64,000 nucleotides of DNA from positions 8,520 through 72,519 of the forward strand of contig JAAYLD010000032.1 in assembly GCA_012522015.1 (NCBI GenBank), read 5' to 3'. This DNA is from Clostridiales bacterium (GTDB lineage: Bacteria > Bacillota > Clostridia > Oscillospirales > CAG-272). The translations under genes were made by a program, and so were the position numbers. Positions 9,530-20,600 of the stretch are shown in pieces. How positions within the stretch are numbered: position 1 is the stretch's first letter; every line of letters starts with the position of its first letter. Below the pieces are notes generated by a model. It had not been told where the DNA came from, did not search any database, and was given only the letters and a program-made list of their open reading frames with translations.

Positions 9530-10309
9530 CTATTGTGTCGTCGTTTTTTCATGAGCTTTTTTTGCAATAAGATCCCGCACTACCTCGCTTGCTATCATCA
9601 ACCCCGCCGCCGGCGGTACAAATGCTGTTGAACCCGGAATATCGCGGCGTGACGAGCAAGTGTGCTCTGTCCCGGGCGGAAAATCGCAGCCAACATTGAA
9701 GCTGAGCTCAGCATCATCCGAGCGAACGGGTTCCTCTTCAGAATATACCACTTTTAGCTTATCAACTCCGCGACGGCGCAGTTCATGACGCATTACGCGA
9801 GCAAGCGGGCACACCGTTGTTTTATATATATCTGTTACACGCAGCTTGCTGGGGTCTGTTTTATTTCCCGCCCCCATTGCGGAAATGACGGGGACACCCG
9901 CATCGCGCGCGCACATTATTATTTCAATCTTGCCGGTTACAGTATCGATTGCATCGATGACGTAATCATATTGTGAAAAATCAAACTCTTTTGATGTTTC
10001 CGGTGTGAAAAAGCATTTATGCTTATATACCTTAAGACTTGGGTTAATGTCTAAAAGACGCTTTTCTGCCGTGTCAACCTTATACATTCCAACTGTGCTT
10101 GTTGTCGCAAATATCTGCCTATTTATATTCGTTGTGCAGACCTTATCGTTGTCGATAATATCAATAGCTCCGATACCGCTTCTCACAAGCGCTTCTGCTG
10201 CATAACCGCCGACACCACCAATACCAAAAATGGCAACTCGGCATTTACTTAAGTTTTCAATAGCTTCACGCCCGAATATCAGCTCTGTTCTTGAAAAACG
10301 TCCCGGCAC
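9530..10309 (-). CDS. tcdA: tRNA threonylcarbamoyladenosine dehydratase (TcdA/CsdL, ThiF-family)
   Basis: Rossmann motif VAIFGIGGVGGYAAEAL and overall ThiF/MoeB-like sequence. Confidence 0.8.
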   Translation of the reverse strand: MPGRFSRTELIFGREAIENLSKCRVAIFGIGGVGGYAAEALVRSGIGAIDIIDNDKVCTTNINRQIFATTSTVGMYKVDTAEKRLLDINPSLKVYKHKCFFTPETSKEFDFSQYDYVIDAIDTVTGKIEIIMCARDAGVPVISAMGAGNKTDPSKLRVTDIYKTTVCPLARVMRHELRRRGVDKLKVVYSEEEPVRSDDAELSFNVGCDFPPGTEHTCSSRRDIPGSTAFVPPAAGLMIASEVVRDLIAKKAHEKTTTQ

Positions 10310-10313
10310 TGTT

Positions 10314-10691
10314 TTACTTCTCCCTTGATGCTATAAGCTCAATTTCAAAAAGCGCACCCTTTGGAAGCGCAGACACTTCGACGCACGAGCGGGCGGGGTT
10401 ATGTTTAAAATATTCCGCGTAAATTGAGTTAAAAGCCGCGAAATTTTTCATATCTGTAAGAAAACATGTCGTCTTTACGACGTTTTCATAGCTTAAATTA
10501 GCGGCTTTGAGAATGGCACCCGCATTTTCTATTGCTCGCTTCACCTGAGAGTTAATGCTGTCCTCAAGCTCGCCCGTCGAAGGGTCAATACCAAGCTGTC
10601 CGGAGGTAAAAAGCAAATCTTCCGTCACTGTTGCCTGCGAATACGGTCCGATTGCAGCCGGTGCATCATTTGTGTTTATAATTTTCTTCAT
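10314..10691 (-). CDS. ridA: RidA/YjgF-family reactive intermediate deaminase
   Basis: 125 aa. APAAIGPYSQA...GQL...CVEVSALPKGALFEIE is typical of RidA. Confidence 0.9.
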   Translation of the reverse strand: MKKIINTNDAPAAIGPYSQATVTEDLLFTSGQLGIDPSTGELEDSINSQVKRAIENAGAILKAANLSYENVVKTTCFLTDMKNFAAFNSIYAEYFKHNPARSCVEVSALPKGALFEIELIASREK

Positions 10692-10791
10692 AAAAACTCT
10701 GTTTATTCTCCTTTATATATCCCTCCGAGGGGCGGTAAAGGTTTTATCTATATTCTACGTTTATCACTTATGTTTTGTTTATCATTTTCCG

Positions 10792-11361
10792 TCAATCAAC
10801 ATGTTTGCTCTCACGCATCGCAAGTATAGTTTCGCCTATCAGCTTATCAAGCTCCCAACCGAGCAGCTCGGTACCTTTCAATATAACATCGCGTGAGCAT
10901 CCGGCCGCAAATCTTTTGTCTTTAAACTTTTTCTTAACCGATGAAACTTCAAGATCTGACACGCTGCGTGATGGCCGCATGATAGCAACCGCCCCAATCA
11001 GCCCCGTCAGTTCGTCAACAGCGTATAAAATACGCTCCATTTCATGCTCAGGTTTAATATCGACAAAAATTCCCCAGCCGTGGCTTGCTGCTGCGCGGAT
11101 AATATGCTCGTCAATGTTCGCCTCGCGCATAATTTCCTGCCCTTTTGTACAATGCTCATCAGGATACATCTCAAAATCAAGGTCGTGAAGCAATCCTACA
11201 ATTCCCCAAAAATCAACCTCGTCACCGTATCCAAGTTTTACAGCAAACCACCGCATTACATCTTCAACAATAAGGGCATGGCGCAGATGAAACTCACCTT
11301 TATTATATTGAGTTAAAAGTTCCCATGCCTCGTCTCGTGTTGTTTTTGTCACAGCATTCAT
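10792..11361 (-). CDS. HD/HDIG-domain metal-dependent phosphohydrolase
   Basis: H...HD signature (GLLHDLDFE). The start is set at the ATG 8 nt after AGGTGA. Confidence 0.7.
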   Translation of the reverse strand: MNAVTKTTRDEAWELLTQYNKGEFHLRHALIVEDVMRWFAVKLGYGDEVDFWGIVGLLHDLDFEMYPDEHCTKGQEIMREANIDEHIIRAAASHGWGIFVDIKPEHEMERILYAVDELTGLIGAVAIMRPSRSVSDLEVSSVKKKFKDKRFAAGCSRDVILKGTELLGWELDKLIGETILAMRESKHVD

Positions 11362-11722
11362 ACTACCGCTCACCTATTTAACAGTATTTTTGACACAACG
11401 ATATGTCATTTATATTATACCACATTACCAAAAAGCAGGTTATAGGCACACTACGCCACAACCGCCAGCCACCTACCCTGTTGTGTTTTAAAAAGTAAAG
11501 CTAAGGTCAAAAGCATTAAAAAAATACATATTATTAACACAAAAACCGATGTCTACATCTTGCAAAGCATAATTCCTACCTATTTGTTAGGATTATACCC
11601 CCAGCACAATTTTTTGTCAAGTAGAGCGGATTTGTTGCATAAGTATTATTAATCGTATTCTGACCACACCTGCGGCTTTACAGTTCTCATTTTAGCTATT
11701 CCATTACTGCTGATTAATGATA

Positions 11723-11751
11723 TTGACGTTGTAATTCTCTTGTGGTAATAT
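11723..11751 (+). promoter_or_regulatory. Sigma-A promoter (extended -10) upstream of greA
   Basis: TTGACG, a 17-nt spacer, then TAATAT preceded by TGG. Confidence 0.5.
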
Positions 11752-11866
11752 ATTGCTATTATCTTAACATCACGTTATTCACCTGTGTATAATAATACTG
11801 TCCTCAACGTAAAATACAGCATAACATTATTATCAATTAATTATATAATTACATACGGAGCCAACA

Positions 11867-12379
11867 ATGCACAACGAACTAACGGAAATCGATATACAGA
11901 AAATGAAAGAGGAGCTTTCTGCCCGCAAAGCAGCGGCACAGAAGCTCCGCGAAGCCGTAAAGGAAGCTCGAGCCCTTGGCGATCTCAGCGAAAACGACGA
12001 ATACCGTTCGGCTAAACGCGAACTTGGACGCAACAACAGCAGGATACGTTATCTTGAAAATATGCTTAAAACAGCCATTATCGTTAAAACTGATTCAACC
12101 GAGGGCGTCGTCGGTCTTTTCGACGAAATTGAACTTCAATATGAGAACACAACAGATGGCGAGCCTGAAACGCGTAAAATTCGGCTTGTGACAACGCTGC
12201 GCAACGACGTTTTTAATAACTGCATATCAAAGGAATCGCCACTTGGACGTGCTATTTTTGGCCGCCGCGTCGGAGAACGTGTTATTGTGCACGTAAATGA
12301 TAAAGTAAGCTATCCTGTCATCATAAAATCAGTTATAAAAGGCCACGATGATCCCAATTTGCCTATAACGGCATATTGA
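11867..12379 (+). CDS. greA: Transcription elongation factor GreA
   Basis: N-terminal coiled coil with DLSENDEYRSAKRE. C-terminal FKBP-like domain. Confidence 0.85.
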   Translation: MHNELTEIDIQKMKEELSARKAAAQKLREAVKEARALGDLSENDEYRSAKRELGRNNSRIRYLENMLKTAIIVKTDSTEGVVGLFDEIELQYENTTDGEPETRKIRLVTTLRNDVFNNCISKESPLGRAIFGRRVGERVIVHVNDKVSYPVIIKSVIKGHDDPNLPITAY

Positions 12380-12496
12380 TAAGCATCAATTTCCATTTAT
12401 GCCTTTTTCTCATATGCTAATTGCACAAATTTATGTTACAATAATCAGTGTATTTTTATACATTCACACAATATTATTGAATTTTTGTACAAAGTA

Positions 12497-12526
12497 TTGA
12501 CGTGTTGTAATACCATATTATATAAT
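12497..12526 (+). promoter_or_regulatory. Promoter of the L-box leader
   Basis: TTGACG, an 18-nt spacer, then TATAAT, about 50 nt upstream of the riboswitch P1 stem. Confidence 0.5.
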
Positions 12527-12574
12527 GTGTACTAAACATTAATACATATATATAAATAGTACAAAAATTACCGT

Positions 12575-12745
12575 ACCTTCGATAGAGGAGCGGCGTTCAA
12601 GAGTAGTTCGGGTAACGGGTTTGCGCCCGCGAAACGAAAGGGTTCGCCGCCGAAGCGACGATTAGCACGCAAAGGCTGTCGTTTGCTGGGCATACGGGAA
12701 ATACCCGTATGACTGTCACAATTTCCTGTGGAGCGCTATCATGGT
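12575..12745 (+). promoter_or_regulatory. Lysine riboswitch (L-box)
   Basis: Conserved blocks appear in the correct order: ATAGAGGAGCG, TCAAGAGTA, GAAAGGG, GCCGCCGAAGC, GCTGGG, CTGTCA, TGGAGCGCTATC. P1 is GATAG/CTATC. Confidence 0.9.
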
Positions 12746-12819
12746 ATGCGAACGACAGCCTTTATGTTTTAGATTCTGTTTGTTTTATAGCAGAACAAAA
12801 CACAAGAACATACTGGTAA

Positions 12820-12866
12820 GTCAGCCGCTACTGTGACGAAAGCTTTCACAGTAGCGGCTTTTTATA
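12820..12866 (+). terminator. Intrinsic terminator forming the L-box expression platform
   Basis: AGCCGCTACTGTGA ... TCACAGTAGCGGCT hairpin followed by TTTTT. Confidence 0.85.
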
Positions 12867-12960
12867 TTTCATTTTAAGTCAGCCGCTGCTGAAAATCGGT
12901 ATAACCCGGGATAAAACTTACCCGGTATTATATAAAAAATACATAATAAGGAGTAGAGAT

Positions 12961-13806
12961 ATGAAAAAGCTAATTTATCTTTTACTTGCTGCAATCCTTT
13001 TAACAACACCTCTCTTTCTCTTCGCGTGTCAAAGCTCAACAGACGATTTAGCAAAAATTAAAGAATCCGGCGTTATACGCGTTGGAATGGAATGTGACTA
13101 TGCTCCATTCAACTGGACGCAGGCAGAGCCAAGCGATTACACGGTTCCGATAACAAGCGGCGGATATGCCGATGGTTACGATCTTCAAATCGCTCGTAAA
13201 ATCGCCGACGAGCTCGGAGTCAAACTTGAAGTCGTGAAAATAGAATGGGGCGGGCTTCCTTCAGCTTTGCAGACCGGTGAAATCGATGCTATTATTGCCG
13301 GTATGAGTCCGATCCCTTCCCGCCGTGAAACTATCGACTTTTCAGATGGTTACTATATAAGCGATCTTGTTATTGTCGTGCGTAAAGACAGCCCCTACGC
13401 AAATGCAACTAAGCTTTCCGACTTTGCTGGCGCCAAACTGACTGCTCAGCTTGATACATTCCATTATACGGCACTTGAGGAACAAGCAACGGAAGCTCTC
13501 GTCCAGACTGCTATGGACACGTTCCCTGCAATGATAGTAGCGTTACAGAGCGACACAATCGACGGATATGTATCAGAATTACCCGGTGCTAAATCCGCTG
13601 TTTTTGCCAACAGTGACCTTACATATGTAACATTTGAAGAAGGACAGGGCTTTGCTGCATCAGAAGATGAACTTTCAATAGCTGTCGGACTTCGCAAGGG
13701 AAGCAACCTTGTTGAAGAAATTAACAAAATTCTTGCAAATATCTCTGATGATATGCGTCAAGAGCTGATGGATGGTGCCATTGAGCGACAGCCGCTCAGC
13801 GAATAA
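12961..13806 (+). CDS. Amino-acid ABC transporter substrate-binding lipoprotein (probably lysine, given the L-box)
   Basis: Signal peptide plus lipobox LFACQ. SBP family-3 features (IRVGME.DYAPF, IDAIIAGMS). Confidence 0.85.
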   Translation: MKKLIYLLLAAILLTTPLFLFACQSSTDDLAKIKESGVIRVGMECDYAPFNWTQAEPSDYTVPITSGGYADGYDLQIARKIADELGVKLEVVKIEWGGLPSALQTGEIDAIIAGMSPIPSRRETIDFSDGYYISDLVIVVRKDSPYANATKLSDFAGAKLTAQLDTFHYTALEEQATEALVQTAMDTFPAMIVALQSDTIDGYVSELPGAKSAVFANSDLTYVTFEEGQGFAASEDELSIAVGLRKGSNLVEEINKILANISDDMRQELMDGAIERQPLSE

Positions 13807-13841
13807 CTTTCTTAAAATAACGTAGAATAGGAAACAATATC

Positions 13842-14654
13842 ATGCCACAATCCTTTTTTGGCGGAGTTTCGTTCATACTGTCGAAATATTGGTCGTTATT
13901 TCTCCGCGGCACGGTGATAACCGTTGTCGTTTCACTTTCAGGGACGATTTTTGGCTTTCTCATCGGTCTTATCGTCGCTCTTTTGCGGACAATTCCAGTT
14001 CATAAAAGCGATAAGCCGCTGAAAAAACTGTCGGTACGCTTCTTAAGCGTTATTTTATCTGCTTACATTGAAGTTTTCCGCGGCACCCCGATGATTGTTC
14101 AAGCAATGGTCATATACTATGGCGGTTTGTCTAAAGCACTTTCCGGTTTACATGATATATACAAAGGCATAGTTTCCGCCATTATCATTATATCAATTAA
14201 CACCGGGGCTTATATGGCGGAAATCATCCGCGGCGGCATCATATCAGTTGACTCCGGTCAGATGGAAGGCGCTCTTTCCATTGGTATGACATACCGCCAA
14301 GTTATGTTCAATGTAATTTTCCCTCAAGCGATACGAAACGTAATGCCCTCCATTGGAAATGAGTTTGTCGTTAATATAAAGGACAGCTCCGTATTAAACG
14401 TAATATCGGTTGCTGAGCTTTACTTCATGTCAAAGTCAGCGGCAGGAGCTTATTATCGATACTTTGAAGCTTTCTTCATTACAGCTGTCATATACTTCAT
14501 ATTGACGTTTACAGTTACGAGGATTTTACGTTTTATCGAACGTAAAATGGAGGGAAAAGATTCGTACACTATACACGGATCACAATCATACTCAAAAGCA
14601 TCAATACATATTACCTCCGAGTCGAAAACAATTACCGGAGGTGGGTTAAAATGA
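13842..14654 (+). CDS. Amino-acid ABC transporter permease (HisM/GlnP family)
   Basis: The EAA-loop region [34 protein letters not shown] is typical of polar amino-acid permeases. Confidence 0.85.
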   Translation: MPQSFFGGVSFILSKYWSLFLRGTVITVVVSLSGTIFGFLIGLIVALLRTIPVHKSDKPLKKLSVRFLSVILSAYIEVFRGTPMIVQAMVIYYGGLSKALSGLHDIYKGIVSAIIIISINTGAYMAEIIRGGIISVDSGQMEGALSIGMTYRQVMFNVIFPQAIRNVMPSIGNEFVVNIKDSSVLNVISVAELYFMSKSAAGAYYRYFEAFFITAVIYFILTFTVTRILRFIERKMEGKDSYTIHGSQSYSKASIHITSESKTITGGGLK

Positions 14655-15421
14655 GCAATATCAACAATATAAATACCAATAATAGCAACAGCAATGCAAT
14701 CTTAGAAATCGTCAACCTTGAAAAAAGATTTGGCGAAAATAATGTGCTTCGTGATATATCAATGTCTGTTTTTGAGGGAGAGGTCGTATCGATCATCGGT
14801 TCATCCGGTGCCGGAAAATCAACGCTCCTTCGTTGTATAAACTTGCTTGAAGAACCGTCGGGTGGCGACATTCTCTTTCATGGCAAAAGCATTATCACCG
14901 ATCGTCAATCGATTTCGCGCTACCGCGCAAAAGTTGGCATGGTATTTCAACAGTTCAATCTTTTCAATAACATGACTGTGCTTCAAAACTGCGTTGTGGG
15001 GCAAGTGAAGGTGCTCGGACGCAGCCGTGCAGAAGCGGAAGAGACTGCAATAATGTACCTTGACCGCGTTGGAATGTACGCATTCTCCGATGCCCTTCCT
15101 CGTCAAATTTCGGGTGGTCAAAAACAGCGTGCTGCTATTGCCCGTGCATTATGTATGAATCCTGAGGTAATACTTTTTGATGAACCAACATCTTCCCTTG
15201 ACCCGGAGATGGTTGGTGAAGTGCTCGGAGTCATGCGCTATCTTGCAAAGGGCGGTATGACGATGCTCGTTGTCACACATGAGATGAGCTTTGCACGTGA
15301 AATATCTTCCCGAGTTGTTTTCATGGACTCTGGCATTATAGAAGAAGCTGATACGCCTGATGTCATCTTTACGTCCCCGAAAAAAGAACGCACACGAGCA
15401 TTTATATCAAGCATCCTTTAA
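14651..15421 (+). CDS. Amino-acid ABC transporter ATP-binding protein (GlnQ-like)
   Basis: Walker [10 protein letters not shown], signature ISGGQKQR, Walker B ILFDEPTS. It has a 4-nt overlap with the permease gene. Confidence 0.9.
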   Translation: MSNINNINTNNSNSNAILEIVNLEKRFGENNVLRDISMSVFEGEVVSIIGSSGAGKSTLLRCINLLEEPSGGDILFHGKSIITDRQSISRYRAKVGMVFQQFNLFNNMTVLQNCVVGQVKVLGRSRAEAEETAIMYLDRVGMYAFSDALPRQISGGQKQRAAIARALCMNPEVILFDEPTSSLDPEMVGEVLGVMRYLAKGGMTMLVVTHEMSFAREISSRVVFMDSGIIEEADTPDVIFTSPKKERTRAFISSIL

Positions 15422-15469
15422 TTAATTTTAAAGCAGGCATCGAAATTAAATGTTTTAAAAAAAGCAATA

Positions 15470-15505
15470 AAACACCCTCGTACCACACGATACGAGGGTG
15501 TTTTC
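15470..15505. terminator. Bidirectional terminator between convergent operons
   Basis: CACCCTCGTA...TACGAGGGTG hairpin, preceded by an A-run and followed by TTTT. Confidence 0.75.
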
Positions 15506-15586
15506 ATTTGCCCGTTGTTCACTAAGCTATTGCATAGCCTACTGTTCTTCGCTTCTCTACAATTCTTTTCTTGTTTTTCTTAATGC

Positions 15587-16648
15587 TTATCCAACTATAC
15601 CCGCACGCTCTATACTCTCGACAAGATAACGCTGTAAAAATGCGTAGATAAGGATAAGCGGCAGCATTATGAGTATTCCACACGTGTTACGTATAGCTGC
15701 AACATACATGTTCTGACCAGGATACTCGGTATCAAGAGACCTCGGTATCTTAATGAAGGCACGAAGCGTGTATGGTCCTTGGCTCGTGAAGAAGACACGT
15801 GTGTAATAGTTATCTGTCCACTGCCATGAGAAAGCGAACATGAAGACAGTTATAAGCATCGGGATCGACAGCGGGAGGATAATCTGTACAAATGTACGGA
15901 AGGGTCCTGAGCCGTCGATATATGCTGATTCCTCAAGCTCATCGGGAACGCCACGGAAGAACTGACGCAACATAAATATGTAAAGACCGTTCTTAAAGGC
16001 AAGACCCGTTGCTGAAAGAATGTAAAATGGCCAATAAGTATTAATAAGCGATATGTCAGTGAATTTCAAGATATCTATGCTCTCAAATACACCGCCGCCG
16101 AGGAAGTTGAATATTCCAAAAATATCGAAATAACGGAACTTCATGAACATCGAAAGGCGAACAGTCGGGTGAGGCACTATCATCGTTAGGACAACAAACA
16201 TAAAGAGGATTTTGTTGCCCTTGAACTTGAACTTCGCGAAACCATAACCTATCAGACACGTTATAAATGTCTGAACGATAGCCGTTGATGCCGATAGAAT
16301 GAAGGTATTGAGCATCGCTCTGAAATACTCGTTATCGACTATAATGGCCTTATAGGTATCAAGCGTTGGATGTTTCGCGATAAGTAGAACTGTCGCGTCG
16401 ACAAAGTCCTCACGGCTCATGAACGACGATGCTACTTTTGAAATGAATGGGTAGATGATAACGTAAGATATACCGATCAGCAGTATCAATCTGAAAAGGT
16501 ACCACACTACGTCCTTGAGAAAGCTTACAGAAAATACTTTTATCTTAAATCTTTCCCACGCTGACGTACGGCCTTCAAAATCAACTCTGATCTTGTTCTT
16601 CGTTGCTTTTTTGACTACTGGTGAGCTCTGAATTCTATTTACATCCAT
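15587..16648 (-). CDS. Carbohydrate (CUT1-type) ABC transporter permease, second pair, MalG-like
   Basis: EAA loop LEESAYIDGSGPFRTFVQIILPLSIPM. Polytopic. It is the last gene of the 7-gene operon. Confidence 0.8.
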   Translation of the reverse strand: MDVNRIQSSPVVKKATKNKIRVDFEGRTSAWERFKIKVFSVSFLKDVVWYLFRLILLIGISYVIIYPFISKVASSFMSREDFVDATVLLIAKHPTLDTYKAIIVDNEYFRAMLNTFILSASTAIVQTFITCLIGYGFAKFKFKGNKILFMFVVLTMIVPHPTVRLSMFMKFRYFDIFGIFNFLGGGVFESIDILKFTDISLINTYWPFYILSATGLAFKNGLYIFMLRQFFRGVPDELEESAYIDGSGPFRTFVQIILPLSIPMLITVFMFAFSWQWTDNYYTRVFFTSQGPYTLRAFIKIPRSLDTEYPGQNMYVAAIRNTCGILIMLPLILIYAFLQRYLVESIERAGIVG

Positions 16649-16662
16649 CAGTCCGTTCCTCC

Positions 16663-17658
16663 TTATTCGTCACGTCTCTGATAGAAGACGTATGCGGAGA
16701 TGATACCGGAAACAACAACGATGAGGAGCGTAACTATCAGGAAGTACATCCACGCCATCGCCGATGATATAACGTTTCCGTCAGCACCAGTATCGTACAC
16801 CTGGTCGATATAAGTCATGACATTGTTGTCTGAACGAGTAAGAGCATCGATGATAGTGTAGATCGCGTTAACCAGTATCATCGGGCTGATCATCGGAAAC
16901 GTTATCTTCCAGAACGTTTCCCAGCCTGTAGCGCCGTCTATTTTGCATGATTCGTAAATCGCCGGAGATATTGACTGGAGACCAGCAAGGAATATTAGCA
17001 TCTGAACGCCAGAGCGGTTTACTATGTTAAATATGTTGTTAACCGCATTTACAACATACGCAACAAGATCAGATCCCACTCGCATATTAGCGAAGAGCAT
17101 CTCTACATCCATTACTCTAACAATCTCTGCAACGGTATTACGTCCAGTACCAGTATCAATTGATGCGCCGGTATCTCCCATGTAAGAGGCAAGTATGTTC
17201 TGAGCATCGATATCGCTTATCAAACCTGTCGCAATAATAACAGGTATGAAGAATATCGCACGGAACCCTGTTCGCCCCACAATGTTTTGGTTGAGTAGTA
17301 TGGCTATGAATAGAGCGAATATGATTATTGCTGGAATATCGAAAATTAACTCTCTTATACCGGACGTCAGCTCTGTTACATAGCTCGGGTCTACAAACAA
17401 TGCTTCCGAGTAGTTTTTAAAGCCAACCGGTACAAGTTCATAGCCACCACCCTGCAGCGTATTGATTTCATTGAAGCTGAACATGATTGAATTGTATATT
17501 ATCGGCAGATAGATAATTACAAGTCCAATCACAAACGGCAGTACAAACAACCAGCCAACACGTGCTTTACGTCTATCAAGTGAAGCGATACGGCGTCTCT
17601 TCTTGGGAGCTGAATCAATCTTAATTTTCTTTTTCTTAGCTTCAATATTCATATTCAA
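16663..17658 (-). CDS. Carbohydrate (CUT1-type) ABC transporter permease, second pair, MalF-like
   Basis: EAA loop IYESCKIDGATGWETFWKITFPMISPM. It carries a large loop insertion between the TM segments. Confidence 0.8.
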   Translation of the reverse strand: MNMNIEAKKKKIKIDSAPKKRRRIASLDRRKARVGWLFVLPFVIGLVIIYLPIIYNSIMFSFNEINTLQGGGYELVPVGFKNYSEALFVDPSYVTELTSGIRELIFDIPAIIIFALFIAILLNQNIVGRTGFRAIFFIPVIIATGLISDIDAQNILASYMGDTGASIDTGTGRNTVAEIVRVMDVEMLFANMRVGSDLVAYVVNAVNNIFNIVNRSGVQMLIFLAGLQSISPAIYESCKIDGATGWETFWKITFPMISPMILVNAIYTIIDALTRSDNNVMTYIDQVYDTGADGNVISSAMAWMYFLIVTLLIVVVSGIISAYVFYQRRDE

Positions 17659-17668
17659 ACTCCCTTCC

Positions 17669-20600
17669 TTATTTGATTGTTACAAAATTGTGTGCGGTTA
17701 CTGTATATGTTGTGCCATCAAGGACAACAGTTACATCAAACGTATTGTAGTTGAGGATAAACTTCTTACCCGTTTCATATGTGACAAGAACGATGGAACC
17801 GTCGTCGACTGTATACTTAGTCCTCTTATACCCTTCTTCCTCGTCCTCATCATCACGTCTGGGCCAGCCAGGCACAGACGGCACATTCGGTGAATTGCCG
17901 TCTTCACCTTCACTGGGCTCTTCGGATGGTTCCTCTTCAATGTGCTGAACTTCTTCGTAACCTGCGTTAAGAAGTACCTCATTGACAGTTGCCAGCGCAG
18001 ATTTTGTTTTTTCTATAGCACTGTCGGCATAAGTATTAACCCTAGCTGCGCTTGCAGCGACTGATGCATCATCAGTTATTTCTGTTTTACGCTTTGCCGT
18101 TTCTTTGTTGGCTTCAGCATCGTCTGCAGATTTTATAGCTGCTGTTATCGCTATCTTCATATTGGATACTGCTGACTCAAGCTCTGCCTGAGCATCAGTA
18201 ACTGCTAATTCTGCTTCTTCGAGAGCTGCTTTTGCCGCTTCGTCAGCAGCTTTTGCATCCTCATCGTTTGGTGCTTCAGCAAGCGCCGCAGCAGCCGCGT
18301 CAGCAGCAGCTTGTGCCGCATCTCTTGCAGCTATCGCATCGTCAAGCGCGCGCTTGAGCGATGTTACCTCCGATACAAGCCCAAGAGCAATTTCTATCTG
18401 CTCTTCAACAGCTGCAAGGAGTCCTTCTGTCTCATCAGCAAGAAGAGCCGTATCCTGTGGAGCTGATGCTATCTCTCTTGCAAGGGCTTCAGCAGCTTTA
18501 CGCTCAGCAAGAGCCTGAGCACGCCTTGCTTTTTCTTCAGCTATACGCTTTGCTTCTTCTTCAGCAGCAGCTCTTTCGGCAGCTTCTATCTGGTCTGCTA
18601 TGATTTCATCTTCATCAGGTATACGTTCACCGATAAGGAACTCATGTCCTGTGATAAGCGCCGTCTGAAGATCACCGACAGCATCGTTGACTATACTATA
18701 GTATTTTACAATATCGTCAAACCAGATGTCATAGCGCACTGAGTAATATCCGCTCAGTATCTCATCTTTCTTCAGCTCTGAAATATTTCTATAAGCGAGT
18801 ATGAAGTAAAGGGATGCGCCATTTTCGATTGCCTTGAGAACAGCATTGCTTATATCGCCTTCTTCGTTGATCGGGTTTCCGGCAATGTTAATGTAACCGT
18901 GAAGAACAAGTCCTACAAACGGAATTGAATATGTTTCGTTAAAGAACCGGCTGCTGTTAAGACGAGCATTAAGTATATGGTTTACATATTTGTAGGTGTA
19001 TGCATTACCTACATCGACCATGACATTACCGTAATCCTCGGAAATATCCTTGAGAAGTGCAATTGTAAACTTCTTGGAATCTTCGCGATTGAACGGATCA
19101 TCTTCATCAAAGTCTGCGTTCAAGTCAGAGCCGAGTGTCGCAACAGATATTCCAATTGGCTCATAATCAAGGTAATACGTTCTAAACTTTGTATAGAACT
19201 TGTCAAATACAGATGGGGAAATTGCAATTTCAAAGTATCTTACAAACGACTGAGATGTCGCGTTATAATAACGCTTACTCGCATAGCGGTCGTCTATCGT
19301 CTTAACTGCATGCTTTTTATAGCTAAATCCATCAAATGATTTATTGTTTGCAGCGTATGCAAAGTCAAAGTCAGGGAATATGCCAATTCCTTTTTCCTTA
19401 GCATATGCTAACAAATCCTTAAATCCGTCGGATCCGCCAACAGATTTCTCCCACTTCAGCCTATACGGGACATATTTATCAGATAGTCCTCCGTTTGCAA
19501 AGCCCCTTAGTCTGAAGTTAATGTTCGACACTCCCGCTTCACTTAGCTCTTTGTGCATAGTTATGATGTCCTCAAATGTTGTAAGCGGTGTATCGACTGT
19601 AACAGGAATTGAGAGAATTCTGTCTTTTGTCTCCATCGAACCAAGAACTTCGATGTAAAGCGGCATATCTTCTTTTACATCATTCTCGGTAAGCCTTGTG
19701 ATATATCCGTTCTTCTCAAGATAATCTCTGTAGGCCTTAGCCATGCCGAAATATGTCGCTTCATAATAATCGGTTACTCCGGCACTAGCTGCTACATCTT
19801 TATCGTCAAGCATTATATATCTAATTCTGTAGCTGTCGACATATTTACGTGGGGACTCAACACGCCACGTTACGTCTGAAGCAACGGATATCGACTGTGC
19901 AAGGTTATATTCATCTGAGGGACGCGGTATGAAGCTTGCGTAAATAGCAGCATATTTGTTAAGTGTACCGCCGTTTTCATACCTGATGCTTGCAAGAGAG
20001 TCGCCCTCTGTTATAATGGCAAGATAACCTTTACTGCGTGTATACGCTTCATAAATAACCGGCGGCTTCGGTTCTTCGGGCTCTACGGGTTCTCCGTTTT
20101 CATCAGTTTCATCAGTTTCATCAATTTCATCAATTTCATCAGTTTCAGTAATTTCATCAGTTTCAGCAATTTCAGCAGTTTCAGCAATTTCAGCAGTTTC
20201 AGCAGTTTCATCAGTTTCAGCAGTTTCATCAGTTTCGGTTTCAGATTCCGTATTATCAGTATTTTCAATAATACGATAATCTCTTACCTGTGTAACTGCG
20301 CCAAATACAGGCATTGTCAATATTTCCTGATGTGCGCCACTTATACTCTGATACGCAAAGTCTGGACCGTGGAGACTTCCCACTCTGTTCCATGATACTC
20401 TTCTCAAATCCATTGCGGAGAAGAGAGCTCCAGACCCGTCAGGCATAAACGTGTAACCCGGATTTTCTGAGCTAATGCAGCCCATGTATGGCAGTATAGA
20501 CACTGACAAGAGCTTGTAAGTAGTTTCGTCGTATTCTATACCGTTTGCTGCAAGACGAACAGTCACACCATCATCGTCAAGCGTGTACTCAAGCGCCATA

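Noticed and set aside
12876-12887. Second copy of AAGTCAGCCGCT after the L-box terminator, considered as an alternative pairing element.
   Set aside because: It lies downstream of the terminator T-run, so it cannot act as an anti-terminator. A 12-nt repeat may be coincidental, so I mention it only under the riboswitch finding.
18361-18603. 80-aa Gln/Leu-rich ORF on the plus strand.
   Set aside because: It is antisense to the Ala/Glu/Lys-rich coiled-coil coding region. GCN/GAR-rich codons read in reverse give open low-complexity frames, and there is no start context.
20083-20268. 61-aa ORF MKILIIRNLKPKLMKLLKLMKLLKLL... on the minus strand.
   Set aside because: It is an alternative reading frame of the 9-nt tandem repeat inside the 1247-aa gene. 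Its periodic sequence is an artefact of the repeat. It has no SD and is fully nested.
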